Positions 18,905 through 27,951 of a stretch of 36,348 bases of DNA are shown here, piece by piece. Under the pieces are notes generated by a model, which did no database searches, was not told the origin of the DNA, and saw only the letters and a list, made by a program, of their open reading frames with translations. Within the stretch, counting starts at the first letter, position 1. Every line of letters begins with the position of its first letter. The translations under genes were made by a program, and so were the position numbers. The DNA lies in contig JAYPJE010000044.1 of the NCBI GenBank assembly GCA_038128265.1, forward strand, positions 1 through 36,348, in the 5' to 3' direction. This DNA is from Gemmatimonadota bacterium. GTDB taxonomy: Bacteria; Latescibacterota; UBA2968; UBA8231.

Positions 18905-20359
18905 ATGCGCATAGCTGTGGCGGGTTTTTCTCACGAGTCCAATACGTTTTACTCGCAGCCGACGCGTATGAGCGACTTTGGCGTGTGCGAGGGCGAACAC
19001 ATTGTCACGCACTACGCCGACACATTTCACGAAATCGCCGGCTATATTGCTGGCGCCGAGCAGTATGGGTATGAACTGTTTCCCATTATTTCGTCCGGTG
19101 CTACGCCCGCGGCCGCCGTCGAGTCAGAGGCGTACGAATACTTTGTCGCTCGCATTATAGACGGTCTGCAGAAGGGCCCTCCGGTTGACGGCGTGCTGTT
19201 GGCTCTGCACGGGGCTATGGTGGCAGAGGACTATCCGCACGCCGATGCCGAAACCGTGCGGCGCGTGCGGGCTCTGGTAGGAAGCGATGTGCCCATTGCC
19301 GTCACGCACGATTACCATGCCAACGTGCCGCCAGAGCTAGTGGAGGCGGCCGATGCGCTCGTCATTTACAAGACCAATCCGCACGTTGATCAGCGCGAAC
19401 GCGGTTTACAAGCCGCCTCTATTTTGGTGCGAACGATCCGCGGTGAAGTGCGGCCGGTAATGGCGCTGGCCAAACCAGAAGTGCTCTTCAATATATACCA
19501 CCACAACACGAGTGTTGCTCCTATGCAGCCGCTGATGCAGGAGGCCATTGCGCTGGAACAGCGAGAGGGCATCCTCGCCTGCAGCATTGCCGCCGGCTAC
19601 CAATATGCCGACGTGCCGCATATGGGGCCTTCTATTGTCGTCATTGCCGACGGCGACGAGGACTTAGCCCGGCGCGAAGCACAGCGCATTGAAGAGGCGA
19701 TGTGGTCGGTGCGCGAGCAGCTAAAGCCGCAGGTTGCCGATGCAAAGGGGGCGGTTGAACAGGCGCGTGCAAGCGATGCCTTCCCCGTGTGTCTGCTTGA
19801 CTTTGGCGACAATATCGGCGGCGGGTCGGCCGGCGATTCGACCTTTGTCCTCGAAGAACTCGTGCGGCAAGATGCGGAGCGGTGGGTGTGCACGCTGTGG
19901 GATCCCGAAAGCGCGCAGGCCTGTTTTGCCGCCGGCGTGGGGGCCGAGATCGATCTGCAGGTGGGCGGCAAGACCGACGACGTGCACGGCACGACGCTGT
20001 CGATCAGGGGGCGCGTGCGCACGCTGCACGACGGTTCGTATGAGGAGACGGAGCGCCGGCACGGCGGGGGCCGCCTGTTCAACCAGGGCCTGACGGCCGT
20101 CGTCGACGTCAACGGCAGGGGGCTGTTGGTGCTCAACAGCCGTCGATCTTCGCCCAATAGCATTCATCAGATAACGTGCGTGGGTATCCAGCCGTCCCAG
20201 CAAAAAATTCTCGTAGCGAAGGGGGCCGTAGCGCCGCGCGCCGCCTACGAGCCAGTATGCGCGCGCCTGATTGAAGTGGCCTCAGGTGGTGCAACGGCGA
20301 TTCTACGGGATCCTGAAGAATACCAATGGGCGCGCAAGACGCTCTACGAATGGCAGTGA
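18905..20359 (+). CDS. M81 family metallopeptidase (MlrC-like)
   Basis: HESNTF, LALHGAM, DYHAN, YKTNPHVD and D.GDNIGGG..GDST motifs. AGGAGG RBS. Confidence 0.9.
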   Translation: MRIAVAGFSHESNTFYSQPTRMSDFGVCEGEHIVTHYADTFHEIAGYIAGAEQYGYELFPIISSGATPAAAVESEAYEYFVARIIDGLQKGPPVDGVLLALHGAMVAEDYPHADAETVRRVRALVGSDVPIAVTHDYHANVPPELVEAADALVIYKTNPHVDQRERGLQAASILVRTIRGEVRPVMALAKPEVLFNIYHHNTSVAPMQPLMQEAIALEQREGILACSIAAGYQYADVPHMGPSIVVIADGDEDLARREAQRIEEAMWSVREQLKPQVADAKGAVEQARASDAFPVCLLDFGDNIGGGSAGDSTFVLEELVRQDAERWVCTLWDPESAQACFAAGVGAEIDLQVGGKTDDVHGTTLSIRGRVRTLHDGSYEETERRHGGGRLFNQGLTAVVDVNGRGLLVLNSRRSSPNSIHQITCVGIQPSQQKILVAKGAVAPRAAYEPVCARLIEVASGGATAILRDPEEYQWARKTLYEWQ

Positions 20360-20384
20360 TTCACAGGAGAAAAGGAGTCCTATC

Positions 20385-21428
20385 GTGACGCTTCGAATCG
20401 GCATTGTCGGCGCGGGTGCCAACACCCGACTGCAGCATATTCCAGGTTTTCGCGCCCTTCCAGACGTCGAAGTCTCGGCCGTGTGCAACCGCTCGTTAGA
20501 ATCGAGTCAGAAGGCGGCCGCTGAATTGGATATTCCACGCGCGTTTGCCGATTGGAAAGAGCTGGTGCACAGCGAAGAGGTCGACGCAGTATGCGTGGGT
20601 ACCTGGCCGTATATGCACGGCCCCATTGTGTTGGAAGCGCTCGCTGCAGGCAAACATGTGCTCACCGAGGCGCGCATGTGCATGAATCTGGCAGAAGCTC
20701 GGCAAATGCACGCCGCGGCACAGGGCAGCCCGTGTGTGGCGATGATCGTGCCGGCACCGATGTATCTATCGGCCGAGCCACAGCTGCTCGACATGGTGCG
20801 CGACGATTTTTTTGGCGAATGGTTGGAAATTGAGGTGCGCGGTCTGGGTGGCGGCTATAACCCGACGGCGCCGCTGCACTGGCGTCAGCGCCGCGATTTA
20901 TCGGGGCAAAACATAATGGCGATGGGCATATTAAACGAGACGGTGCGCCGCTATGCAGGTCACGAGCGTGCGGTGTTGGCGCACGCCAAGATCTTTACCG
21001 ATCAGCGCATCGATCCGGACACGGGTGCGGCGCGCCCGGTGGATGTGCCAGACAGTTTGGGCGTGTTGGCCGAAATGGAGAGCGGGGCTACGGCGGTCTA
21101 TCACCTCAGCAGCGTAGCGCGTTTGGGCGACGGAACGACGTTTGAGTTCTACGGGACCAAAGGTAGCCTCAAGATGGAAGGTGGCTCGGCCATTGCGCCC
21201 GGACGCGTGTGGATTGCCGGTGAAGGAGACGACGCCTATCGCTCGCTCGACGCACCCGAACAGCCGCGTAACGGCTGGAGAGTAGAAGAAGACTTTGTCG
21301 ATGCGATACGCGAAGGAAGCCCTGTAACGCATACAAACTTTGCCGCCGGCGTTCAGTACATGCAATTTACAGAAGCGGTGCAGGTCAGTCTGTCAGAAGG
21401 ACGCAAGGTATCTCTCGACGAACTGTGA
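20385..21428 (+). CDS. Gfo/Idh/MocA family oxidoreductase
   Basis: RIGIVGAG, VDAVCVGT.P..H, GKHVLTEARM and YGTKG motifs. AAGGAG RBS before GTG 20385. Confidence 0.9.
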   Translation: MTLRIGIVGAGANTRLQHIPGFRALPDVEVSAVCNRSLESSQKAAAELDIPRAFADWKELVHSEEVDAVCVGTWPYMHGPIVLEALAAGKHVLTEARMCMNLAEARQMHAAAQGSPCVAMIVPAPMYLSAEPQLLDMVRDDFFGEWLEIEVRGLGGGYNPTAPLHWRQRRDLSGQNIMAMGILNETVRRYAGHERAVLAHAKIFTDQRIDPDTGAARPVDVPDSLGVLAEMESGATAVYHLSSVARLGDGTTFEFYGTKGSLKMEGGSAIAPGRVWIAGEGDDAYRSLDAPEQPRNGWRVEEDFVDAIREGSPVTHTNFAAGVQYMQFTEAVQVSLSEGRKVSLDEL

Positions 21429-21449
21429 GAGCGCGCATAGAGAGTCTGT

Positions 21450-21494
21450 AAAAGAGCGGTCGCCCTAGCGCGGGGTGACCGCTCTTTTATTTTG
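21450..21494. terminator. Bidirectional intrinsic terminator
   Basis: AAAAGAGCGGTCGCCC-loop-GGGTGACCGCTCTTTT, followed by ATTTT, between convergent genes. Confidence 0.85.
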
Positions 21495-21526
21495 TGCAGC
21501 GGTGCACGGCGAACAGTGCGTGCAGA

Positions 21527-22318
21527 TCAGATGTGTTCGCCGCAGTGAGGGCAGCGCGCCGGCTCATCGGAACCCCTTTCGCGCATTTTCTCCAATTCCT
21601 CGGTAAATCCGGCTCCCAAGATACCTGCTGGCAGCGCAAACATGCCGATGCCGAGCACGGCAATAATCGCGCCGATGGTTTGACCAAGCGGCGTTATGGG
21701 GTAGGTATCGCCATAGCCGACCGTAGTCAGCGTGACAATGCCCCACCACATAGTGGCTGGAATACTGGAAAAGACTTCGGGCTGCACGCTGTGTTCGGCG
21801 AAGAACATCAGCGATGAGGCAATGATGAGCAGAGTCAATAGCACGAAGAAGATGCTGACCAGTTCTTCTTTGCGGTCCGTTACGACGTGGCCCAGCAGGC
21901 GCAGCGCGCGCGAGTAGCGCACCAATTTGACAATGCGGAAAATGCGCAGCAGGCGCACGGTGCGCACAAAGCGGAGGTCGACGCCAAAGAAAGGCAGAAA
22001 AAAGGGCAGTATGGCCAGCAGGTCGATCAGTCCGAGCGGCGAAAAGGCAAAGCGTAAACGGCCGGCAAGAGGTTGGGCATAGCGCGGTTCGGTTGTGCAA
22101 GACCACAAGCGCAGGACGTATTCAACGGAGAAAACGGCGATAGAGAAGGCCTCGAATGCGGCAAACGTCTCGCTATGAGCCAGGTAAATGGTTTCTACGG
22201 TCTCGAGAATAAGCGCTACGATATTGAGAAAAATAAGAATGATGATCGAGACATCGACGAAGCGGCCGGTGTCGTCACCGGGCTCGAGAAAGTAGTAGAC
22301 GTGCTCTCTGATGTGCAT
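21527..22318 (-). CDS. Voltage-gated-type potassium channel (Ion_trans)
   Basis: S4 segment RFVRTVRLLRIFRIVKL, filter TTVGYGD, C-terminal CPHC. GGGAGG RBS before ATG 22318. Confidence 0.92.
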   Translation of the reverse strand: MHIREHVYYFLEPGDDTGRFVDVSIIILIFLNIVALILETVETIYLAHSETFAAFEAFSIAVFSVEYVLRLWSCTTEPRYAQPLAGRLRFAFSPLGLIDLLAILPFFLPFFGVDLRFVRTVRLLRIFRIVKLVRYSRALRLLGHVVTDRKEELVSIFFVLLTLLIIASSLMFFAEHSVQPEVFSSIPATMWWGIVTLTTVGYGDTYPITPLGQTIGAIIAVLGIGMFALPAGILGAGFTEELEKMRERGSDEPARCPHCGEHI

Positions 22319-22388
22319 TATAGCCTCCCTGTGTGCGCGCTGCCCCCGTGAAGGTGGCTCCAATGAGCGCGTTTGCGCAAGCGGGGAC

Positions 22389-23519
22389 TTAGGTCCAGTC
22401 GGTAAAAACTTCTTCCGCCAGACCGAACGACGTCGTCATGCCCGCACCGCCGACGCCATTTACAATGCGAACATTAGGCGCCGGGCTGGCGACAATATCT
22501 GCTCGCGTTGGATGCTTGGCATAGGTGCCGCTCCAGCGCTGGACGATGTCCAACGAGGGGGCAGCGAGAAAGCGCTGCAGATAGTCGAGTATCAGGCGAT
22601 CGATGTGTGGCTTGTCAAAGGGGTCGGGGTGCCAATCGTATTCGTGCGAATCGCCGATGGTAATTTCGCCCAGGCCATTTTGCGAGGCCATGACGTGGAT
22701 ACCCCACTGGTCGAATTCGGGGTTTTCGCGGCTAATCCGCGCTGCGTAGTCAGCCAGTGCGGCACAGCGTTTAAAGGCGGCGTAATGGCGCAGCGTGAGT
22801 CCGGCCGCCAGCATGGGTCCTAGCTGCCAGTCGTTGTCCTGCGGGGCGGTGCGCATCATTTGCAGCTTGCAGCGCGTCAGACCGCTGGCGGCGTAAAGAT
22901 CGGGATAGAGGCTTTCAAAATCCACGCCGCTGCACACGACGGCGCGCTCGACGTGCCAGGTTGTGGAAGGCGTATATATATGCGGTAGGTCAATGGCGTG
23001 GACGGGTGTGGAAAAGCACAGTTCGACGCCGAACGCGCGCGCTAGGAAAAGCGGCAATTGGGCAATGGCCTGACGCGGGTCGACGCACACTTCGCTGGCA
23101 CTCCAGATACCGCCCTTGAGGCCCTCTGCACGCACGGCTCCGCTGCGCGCTAAAACGCCCTGTGCGTCGAGCAACTCGACTTCGTAGCCCAGCGTAGGAG
23201 CGAGTTGGGCAAACTCGGCGAGCACGGCCAGTTCGTCGTCTGCATAGGCCAGGTGCAGCGAACCGGTCGCCTTGTGCCAAAGCTGTGCGGCCGGAGCGAT
23301 TTCTAGCCATGTATCGCGCGTGCGCAGGGCGCGTTTATGCACGGCGCCCGGCTCTTGGCCGATGGGCCAGATCATGCCAAAATTGCGAATAGAGGCGCCG
23401 CACGCCTGTGGCGAGCGTTCGAAGAGAACGACAGATAGGCCGCGCTTGGCTGCGGACAGCGCATGGGCCAAGCCGACGATACCCCCTCCGATGACGGCGA
23501 CATCCCGTTTATTTTCCAT
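22389..23519 (-). CDS. FAD-dependent oxidoreductase, TIGR03364 (HpnW-proposed)-like
   Basis: GGGIVGLAHA, GASIRNFGMIWPIGQ, CKLQMMRT, GLTLRHY, IGDSHEY and GGAGMT motifs. Confidence 0.85.
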   Translation of the reverse strand: MENKRDVAVIGGGIVGLAHALSAAKRGLSVVLFERSPQACGASIRNFGMIWPIGQEPGAVHKRALRTRDTWLEIAPAAQLWHKATGSLHLAYADDELAVLAEFAQLAPTLGYEVELLDAQGVLARSGAVRAEGLKGGIWSASEVCVDPRQAIAQLPLFLARAFGVELCFSTPVHAIDLPHIYTPSTTWHVERAVVCSGVDFESLYPDLYAASGLTRCKLQMMRTAPQDNDWQLGPMLAAGLTLRHYAAFKRCAALADYAARISRENPEFDQWGIHVMASQNGLGEITIGDSHEYDWHPDPFDKPHIDRLILDYLQRFLAAPSLDIVQRWSGTYAKHPTRADIVASPAPNVRIVNGVGGAGMTTSFGLAEEVFTDWT

Positions 23520-23536
23520 AGACTTCGCGCTCTTCC

Positions 23537-24577
23537 TCAGTCTGTGCGCACGGCGACGCGAAAAAAGCGCTGGGCACGTGCCAGTTCGACCGCGCGCTGC
23601 AGTTCGCTCAGTGCAATGGGTGGGCTGACCAGTTCGTCGTAGGGATAGCGCATCGCCGTCTGATCGAGAAAGGCAATCGCTTCATCGAGATGACGAGGGC
23701 TGTAGTTGTGCACGCCGCGCACGGTTAGGCACTTGCGAACAATCTGCTCGCCCGTTATGTCCAGCTGCGTGTCGGGATGAACCATGCCGACAAAGGCATA
23801 GTAGCCCCCGGGGCGCACGGCGGCGATACCTTCGTTGACTAGCGTCGCGGATCCGGCCAGTTCGAAAACGGCATCGACGCCCCCGGGCTCGCGGGCGCGC
23901 AGGGCATCGATCTCTTCTATGGGAAGGGCACCGAAATCTGCGCTGCGCTGGCGCCGTTGGTCGTTGCGGTCCACGCAGTAGACGCGGTCTACGCCGCGCT
24001 GGGTGAGTAGGGCACAGCAGTACAGGCCAAGCAGGCCGGCGCCCTGAACAAGGGCGGAATGGCACCGTTCGGGCAGGCGCTCAGCGGCGTTGACAACCGT
24101 TGCCAGCGCGCAGTTGGCGGGGGCGACGACGGCGTCGGTTAGGCGGTCGGGTAGGGCGACGATATGCGTGCCGCTGCGCAGGAGTATGTGGGAGGCGTAG
24201 CAGCCGTTGAGTCCGCTGCCGTCGTCGAGCGAGGCGTGGCCGTACTTAAACAGATGCGTGCATTTCTCCGGCAAATCGTATTCGCCGCAGGCCGGACATG
24301 CGCCGCAGCTGTCGGCAATGCTCCACGTAATGCGATCGCCAATGCCCAAGTCGGGGCGGCCGGATCCGGTGGCGACGACGCGGCCGACGGCCTCGTGCCC
24401 TAGTATACAGGGGGTTGGTTCGATGCGTTGCCCAGACAGCGTGTGCAGATCAGAGCCGCAGATGGTGGCTAGCGCAATCTCGGCCAGCACTTCGCCCGGT
24501 TGCAGCGATGCGGGCAGGGAAATGGCCTGCTGGCTCAGTGGCTGATCGGGACCGTGGAAAACCTGGGCATAGGCCAT
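23537..24577 (-). CDS. Zn-dependent alcohol dehydrogenase, TIGR03366 (HpnZ-proposed)-like
   Basis: ATICGSDLHT, LGHE, C..C..C...C..LFKYGH, APANCALATV and GVHNY..HL motifs. Start is ATG 24577 or TTG 24583. Confidence 0.85.
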   Translation of the reverse strand: MAYAQVFHGPDQPLSQQAISLPASLQPGEVLAEIALATICGSDLHTLSGQRIEPTPCILGHEAVGRVVATGSGRPDLGIGDRITWSIADSCGACPACGEYDLPEKCTHLFKYGHASLDDGSGLNGCYASHILLRSGTHIVALPDRLTDAVVAPANCALATVVNAAERLPERCHSALVQGAGLLGLYCCALLTQRGVDRVYCVDRNDQRRQRSADFGALPIEEIDALRAREPGGVDAVFELAGSATLVNEGIAAVRPGGYYAFVGMVHPDTQLDITGEQIVRKCLTVRGVHNYSPRHLDEAIAFLDQTAMRYPYDELVSPPIALSELQRAVELARAQRFFRVAVRTD

Positions 24578-24583
24578 TGCCAA

Positions 24584-25318
24584 TTAGGCCTGTGGTTTGC
24601 GCCAGTATCCCTCAAGTGAGTCCTGGGGGGTCCAACCGAGCAAACGCCGCGCTTTGCCGTTGTGGTAGCGGCCGTGTGGCGTATCGGTAGTGATGTGGAA
24701 GATCTCGCAGCGCGAGGGCAGCGTCTGCAGATCGACCTCCAGGCATTTGCGCAGCGCGCGTGCCGCATCGGCAAAGGTGACGGAGAACGGATTGGTATCG
24801 CCGCCTTCGTGCCCCTCGGCCGGTTCCGCGTCGCGGAAGCTGAGGAAGAGCGTCGTCAGCACGTGTAGGGGGTAGTTGGCGCTGAATACGCGGCAGATTT
24901 CCTGGCCGATGGATTTGCTGTGTGCGTATAGGTTAAGCCCCGAGTGAAGGGGCACTTCTTCGCTTATATCAAAATCGTAATGTTCGTAGCTGGGGCCGAC
25001 CTGTGTAAAGTGTGGTCCCGTGTTGATAAAGCGCGCGTGACCCAGCTCGGCCGCGGTGCGCACGGCGTTGTAGGTGCCGGTCGTATTGACGTCAAAGGCC
25101 ACTTTGCGGTCAGGGCGCAGCACGGAGCAGTTGACGATGACGTCGGTGCCTTCGGCGGCCTTGCGCACCTGCTCTAAATCGCCTGCGTCGACGCGCATCG
25201 TCTCGTGCGGACTGTCGATATCGACTATGTCGGTTATGCGCAGGTCGTAGTGTCCTTCAAACTCTTTGACCACATGTGGTCCGAGGAAGCCGTTGCCGCC
25301 CAGCAGTAAGACCTTCAT
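24584..25318 (-). CDS. NAD(P)-dependent epimerase/dehydrogenase (extended SDR)
   Basis: LGGNGFLG, FDVN..GTYN and YAHSK motifs. Confidence 0.85.
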   Translation of the reverse strand: MKVLLLGGNGFLGPHVVKEFEGHYDLRITDIVDIDSPHETMRVDAGDLEQVRKAAEGTDVIVNCSVLRPDRKVAFDVNTTGTYNAVRTAAELGHARFINTGPHFTQVGPSYEHYDFDISEEVPLHSGLNLYAHSKSIGQEICRVFSANYPLHVLTTLFLSFRDAEPAEGHEGGDTNPFSVTFADAARALRKCLEVDLQTLPSRCEIFHITTDTPHGRYHNGKARRLLGWTPQDSLEGYWRKPQA

Positions 25319-26034
25319 ACGTTCGCCTCAAAGGAGTGCTGTGGAGTAAACTCGAGCGATCCACATATGCGGTCGGAAGAGAAGCGGGCGCGCTCGGAGA
25401 CGGACTGCAGGTGCAGCACGTGATAGTGCCGCATTGGACGTTTATCGGTGGTCTGATGCTTTTGTAGAATGCACTCGACCGCACGGGCCGCATCGCGCTC
25501 GTCGAGCCACATGGGGTCGAACGGCTGGCCGGCGACGCGATCGGCGTGGACTATGTGCCCTAGACGCAGGATGACGATATCCAGCGCATTGGAATGGGCG
25601 AACTCGCGGGCGGTAAATTCGGCGATATGGGCGCCCAGCTGAGTGGGATCGGTATTGGGCTGGGGCTGCCAGTTTTCCGAAACCGCCATGTCTACATCGT
25701 AGGACTGAAATAGGTCGAGCGTGCTGAGAAGCAGGACGCACTGGACATCGGCTTCGGAAGCGGCCAGCAGCAGGTTGTAATGGCGGCGCGAATTGGCGTC
25801 GAGCCACGCATTTTCGGCGTCGCCTTCGCGCGGCGTGTAGGCCAGGTGCACAATGGCGTCGATGTCTTTTACCAGCGCATCGGTGCGCTCATCGTGTCCT
25901 AGATCGCTGGCGACGAACTCGAGGTCTGTATCGAGAGATACGCTGTCGGTCAGGCGCAACTGGTGGCGGGTGCGCAGGCCAACGGCTATTGCCTGGCCCA
26001 AGGCGCTGGCAGCTCCGGTAATTAGGATTTTCAT
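25315..26034 (-). CDS. SDR-fold protein lacking the YxxxK catalytic motif
   Basis: ITGAASALG, DAIVHLA and ILRLG motifs; the YxxxK position reads QLGAH. Confidence 0.75.
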   Translation of the reverse strand: MKILITGAASALGQAIAVGLRTRHQLRLTDSVSLDTDLEFVASDLGHDERTDALVKDIDAIVHLAYTPREGDAENAWLDANSRRHYNLLLAASEADVQCVLLLSTLDLFQSYDVDMAVSENWQPQPNTDPTQLGAHIAEFTAREFAHSNALDIVILRLGHIVHADRVAGQPFDPMWLDERDAARAVECILQKHQTTDKRPMRHYHVLHLQSVSERARFSSDRICGSLEFTPQHSFEANV

Positions 26035-26045
26035 AGCCGCTGCTC

Positions 26046-27527
26046 CTAGAGGATTTGTTGATCGACGTTCATCGGAACAATGTCGTGAATCTTGCTGTCC
26101 ATTAGAGCAGAAGGCGACTGCATCTCGAGCACGGCGTCGGCGTGCAGCTGTTCGACGGTGCGGCAGCCGGCGGTAGCCAGCGTGGCGCGCAGCATTTGAA
26201 TGACGGTGGGTAATTTGTCGAAGATGGAGCCTACGTGCGGAACGTAGCCGGCGATGCCCTCTTCGAAGAAGTTCTCTTTGGTCTGCGCATAGCGGCGCAT
26301 ATTGTGGGCGCGCATGCTGCCCTCCATCCAGTATTCCTTGACGATCTCGCCCGCCGCGTTGCGCATCAGGCTGCCCTGACTCTCGGTGTAGCGAGCGAAA
26401 AAGTTGCCCATCATAATGGTGTCTGCTCCCAGCGCTAGCGCAATGGACATCTCAGCCGGGCCGGAAATACCGCCGTCTGCGACCAGCGGGATATATGCCC
26501 CTTCGTCGCGCTGCCACTGGTCGCGCGCGGCGCCGACCTCCATCAGCGTCGTGCCCTGTCCGCGTCCGGTTGCCTTCACTTCCTGTGTGGTGCAGCCCGA
26601 GCCGATGCCCATACCCACCTTTACGGCGTCTGCTCCAGCTTCCACGAGGAAGCGGAAGCCTTCGGCCGTTACGATGTTGCCGCCAACAACCGGAGTATCG
26701 CCCTGCTTTTTGACGTATTCGATCATTTCGCGCTGGTACTGCGTGTGGCCGTCTGAAGCGTCGATTACCAGCACGTCTACGTCGTGTTCGATCAGCGCTT
26801 GCACGCGTTCGCGGTCCTCTGGATGGGTGGATATGGCCGCGCCAACCAGCAGGCGCTTCTGGTCATCGATTGACTCGTTGGGATGGCGCAGGTGTTTGTC
26901 GAGGTCCTTTTTAAACACGACGGTTTGCAATATGCCGTCTTCAGACAGGATGGGTAAAAAACCGCGCCCGTAGCGGATCATGAGTTCGTTCGCTGCGCGC
27001 AGTTCTGTCACCTCGGTGCCGTACTGCACGTCTGTTTTCATGCGTTCGCCAACGGTGCATTCGAGGTCGCGGCGCTCGTCGAAGTCCTTATCGGTCAAGA
27101 TGCCAATAAGCTTGTCGTGAAATTCTCCGCTCTGCGTCACGGGAAAGGTGGTGTAGCCGGTGTCGCGGATGATATGCGCCACTTCGGCGATGGGCTGTTC
27201 GGGAGACAGCGTGACGATATTGGTCTGAAAGCCCGCTTTAAAACGCTTGACCTGTCCGACTTTTGCGCACTGTTCGTCGGTGGGCTGGCTGACGGGCAGA
27301 ATGCCGATCCCACCCAACTGGGCCAGTGAAATAGCCATTTCCACGCCGGTCACCGCCTGCATCGCAGCGCTGAGGAAGGGCGTGTTGATGTGGATAAAAT
27401 CGCCGCCTTTGCGACACAGGCGCGTTTTGAGGTCGACGTTAGGTGCATTGCCGTCGGCCGGTGTATAGCCAGGTAGAATGCGGAATTCTTTTAGGCTGTG
27501 TGAAGGGTTTTGCAGGACCTTGGCCAT
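26046..27527 (-). CDS. guaB: IMP dehydrogenase with CBS domains
   Basis: SAAMQAV, GNIVT, KVGMGIGSGCTTQ (catalytic Cys), ADGGI, MMGNFFA, KEYWMEGS and EEG motifs. Confidence 0.93.
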   Translation of the reverse strand: MAKVLQNPSHSLKEFRILPGYTPADGNAPNVDLKTRLCRKGGDFIHINTPFLSAAMQAVTGVEMAISLAQLGGIGILPVSQPTDEQCAKVGQVKRFKAGFQTNIVTLSPEQPIAEVAHIIRDTGYTTFPVTQSGEFHDKLIGILTDKDFDERRDLECTVGERMKTDVQYGTEVTELRAANELMIRYGRGFLPILSEDGILQTVVFKKDLDKHLRHPNESIDDQKRLLVGAAISTHPEDRERVQALIEHDVDVLVIDASDGHTQYQREMIEYVKKQGDTPVVGGNIVTAEGFRFLVEAGADAVKVGMGIGSGCTTQEVKATGRGQGTTLMEVGAARDQWQRDEGAYIPLVADGGISGPAEMSIALALGADTIMMGNFFARYTESQGSLMRNAAGEIVKEYWMEGSMRAHNMRRYAQTKENFFEEGIAGYVPHVGSIFDKLPTVIQMLRATLATAGCRTVEQLHADAVLEMQSPSALMDSKIHDIVPMNVDQQIL

Positions 27528-27587
27528 GGGCGTCTTCTCCGAGACTTGGAGATGATGGAAAGGAAGGCTGGAAGTGTTAGAAAGGGA

Positions 27588-27616
27588 AAAATAGGGTGTA
27601 GCTTTGTTTTATTCAA
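27588..27616 (-). promoter_or_regulatory. Candidate sigma70 promoter of guaB
   Basis: Minus-strand TTGAAT-N17-TATTTT in an AT-rich divergent gap. Confidence 0.5.
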
Positions 27617-27694
27617 TAGAATGCTCTGGCCCTTTTTGCCCGCAGTGCATTTCGTATATTTAAAGCAGTGACCATTGCGATGAAAGGATTGATT

Positions 27695-27943
27695 ATGGGA
27701 TACAATAGATTCTATCCCCAACAGAGCGAATCGAGCGGCGCGGGCACCTTTTTAGCTGGGCTGGGCCTCGGCGTGTTAATTGGCATGGCGATGGGCGTGC
27801 TCTCGGCACCGCATCGCGGTGATGTGACCCGTCGCAAGATTGCGCGCCAGGCGGGTGCGACGCGCGACCAGGTCGTCGAAGCCGTGGAGGACTTTGTCGA
27901 GCGACGCGCCGAAGACGAAGAGCGAGACAACGGCGAAGTATAG
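27695..27943 (+). CDS. YtxH domain-containing protein
   Basis: FLAGLGLG..IG..MGVLSAP..G..TRRKI pattern. AAAGGA RBS before ATG 27695; TATATT at 27655-27660. Confidence 0.85.
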   Translation: MGYNRFYPQQSESSGAGTFLAGLGLGVLIGMAMGVLSAPHRGDVTRRKIARQAGATRDQVVEAVEDFVERRAEDEERDNGEV

Positions 27944-27951
27944 ATCGGCCG

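Noticed and set aside
18905..20359. Microcystin degradation cluster
   Set aside because: Only an M81/MlrC-family gene is present; the family is widespread and mlrA/B/D are absent.
22319..22388. Possible riboswitch upstream of the K+ channel
   Set aside because: Only short 4-bp stems (GCTC/GAGC, GCGC/GCGC); too short and lacking recognisable c-di-AMP riboswitch features.
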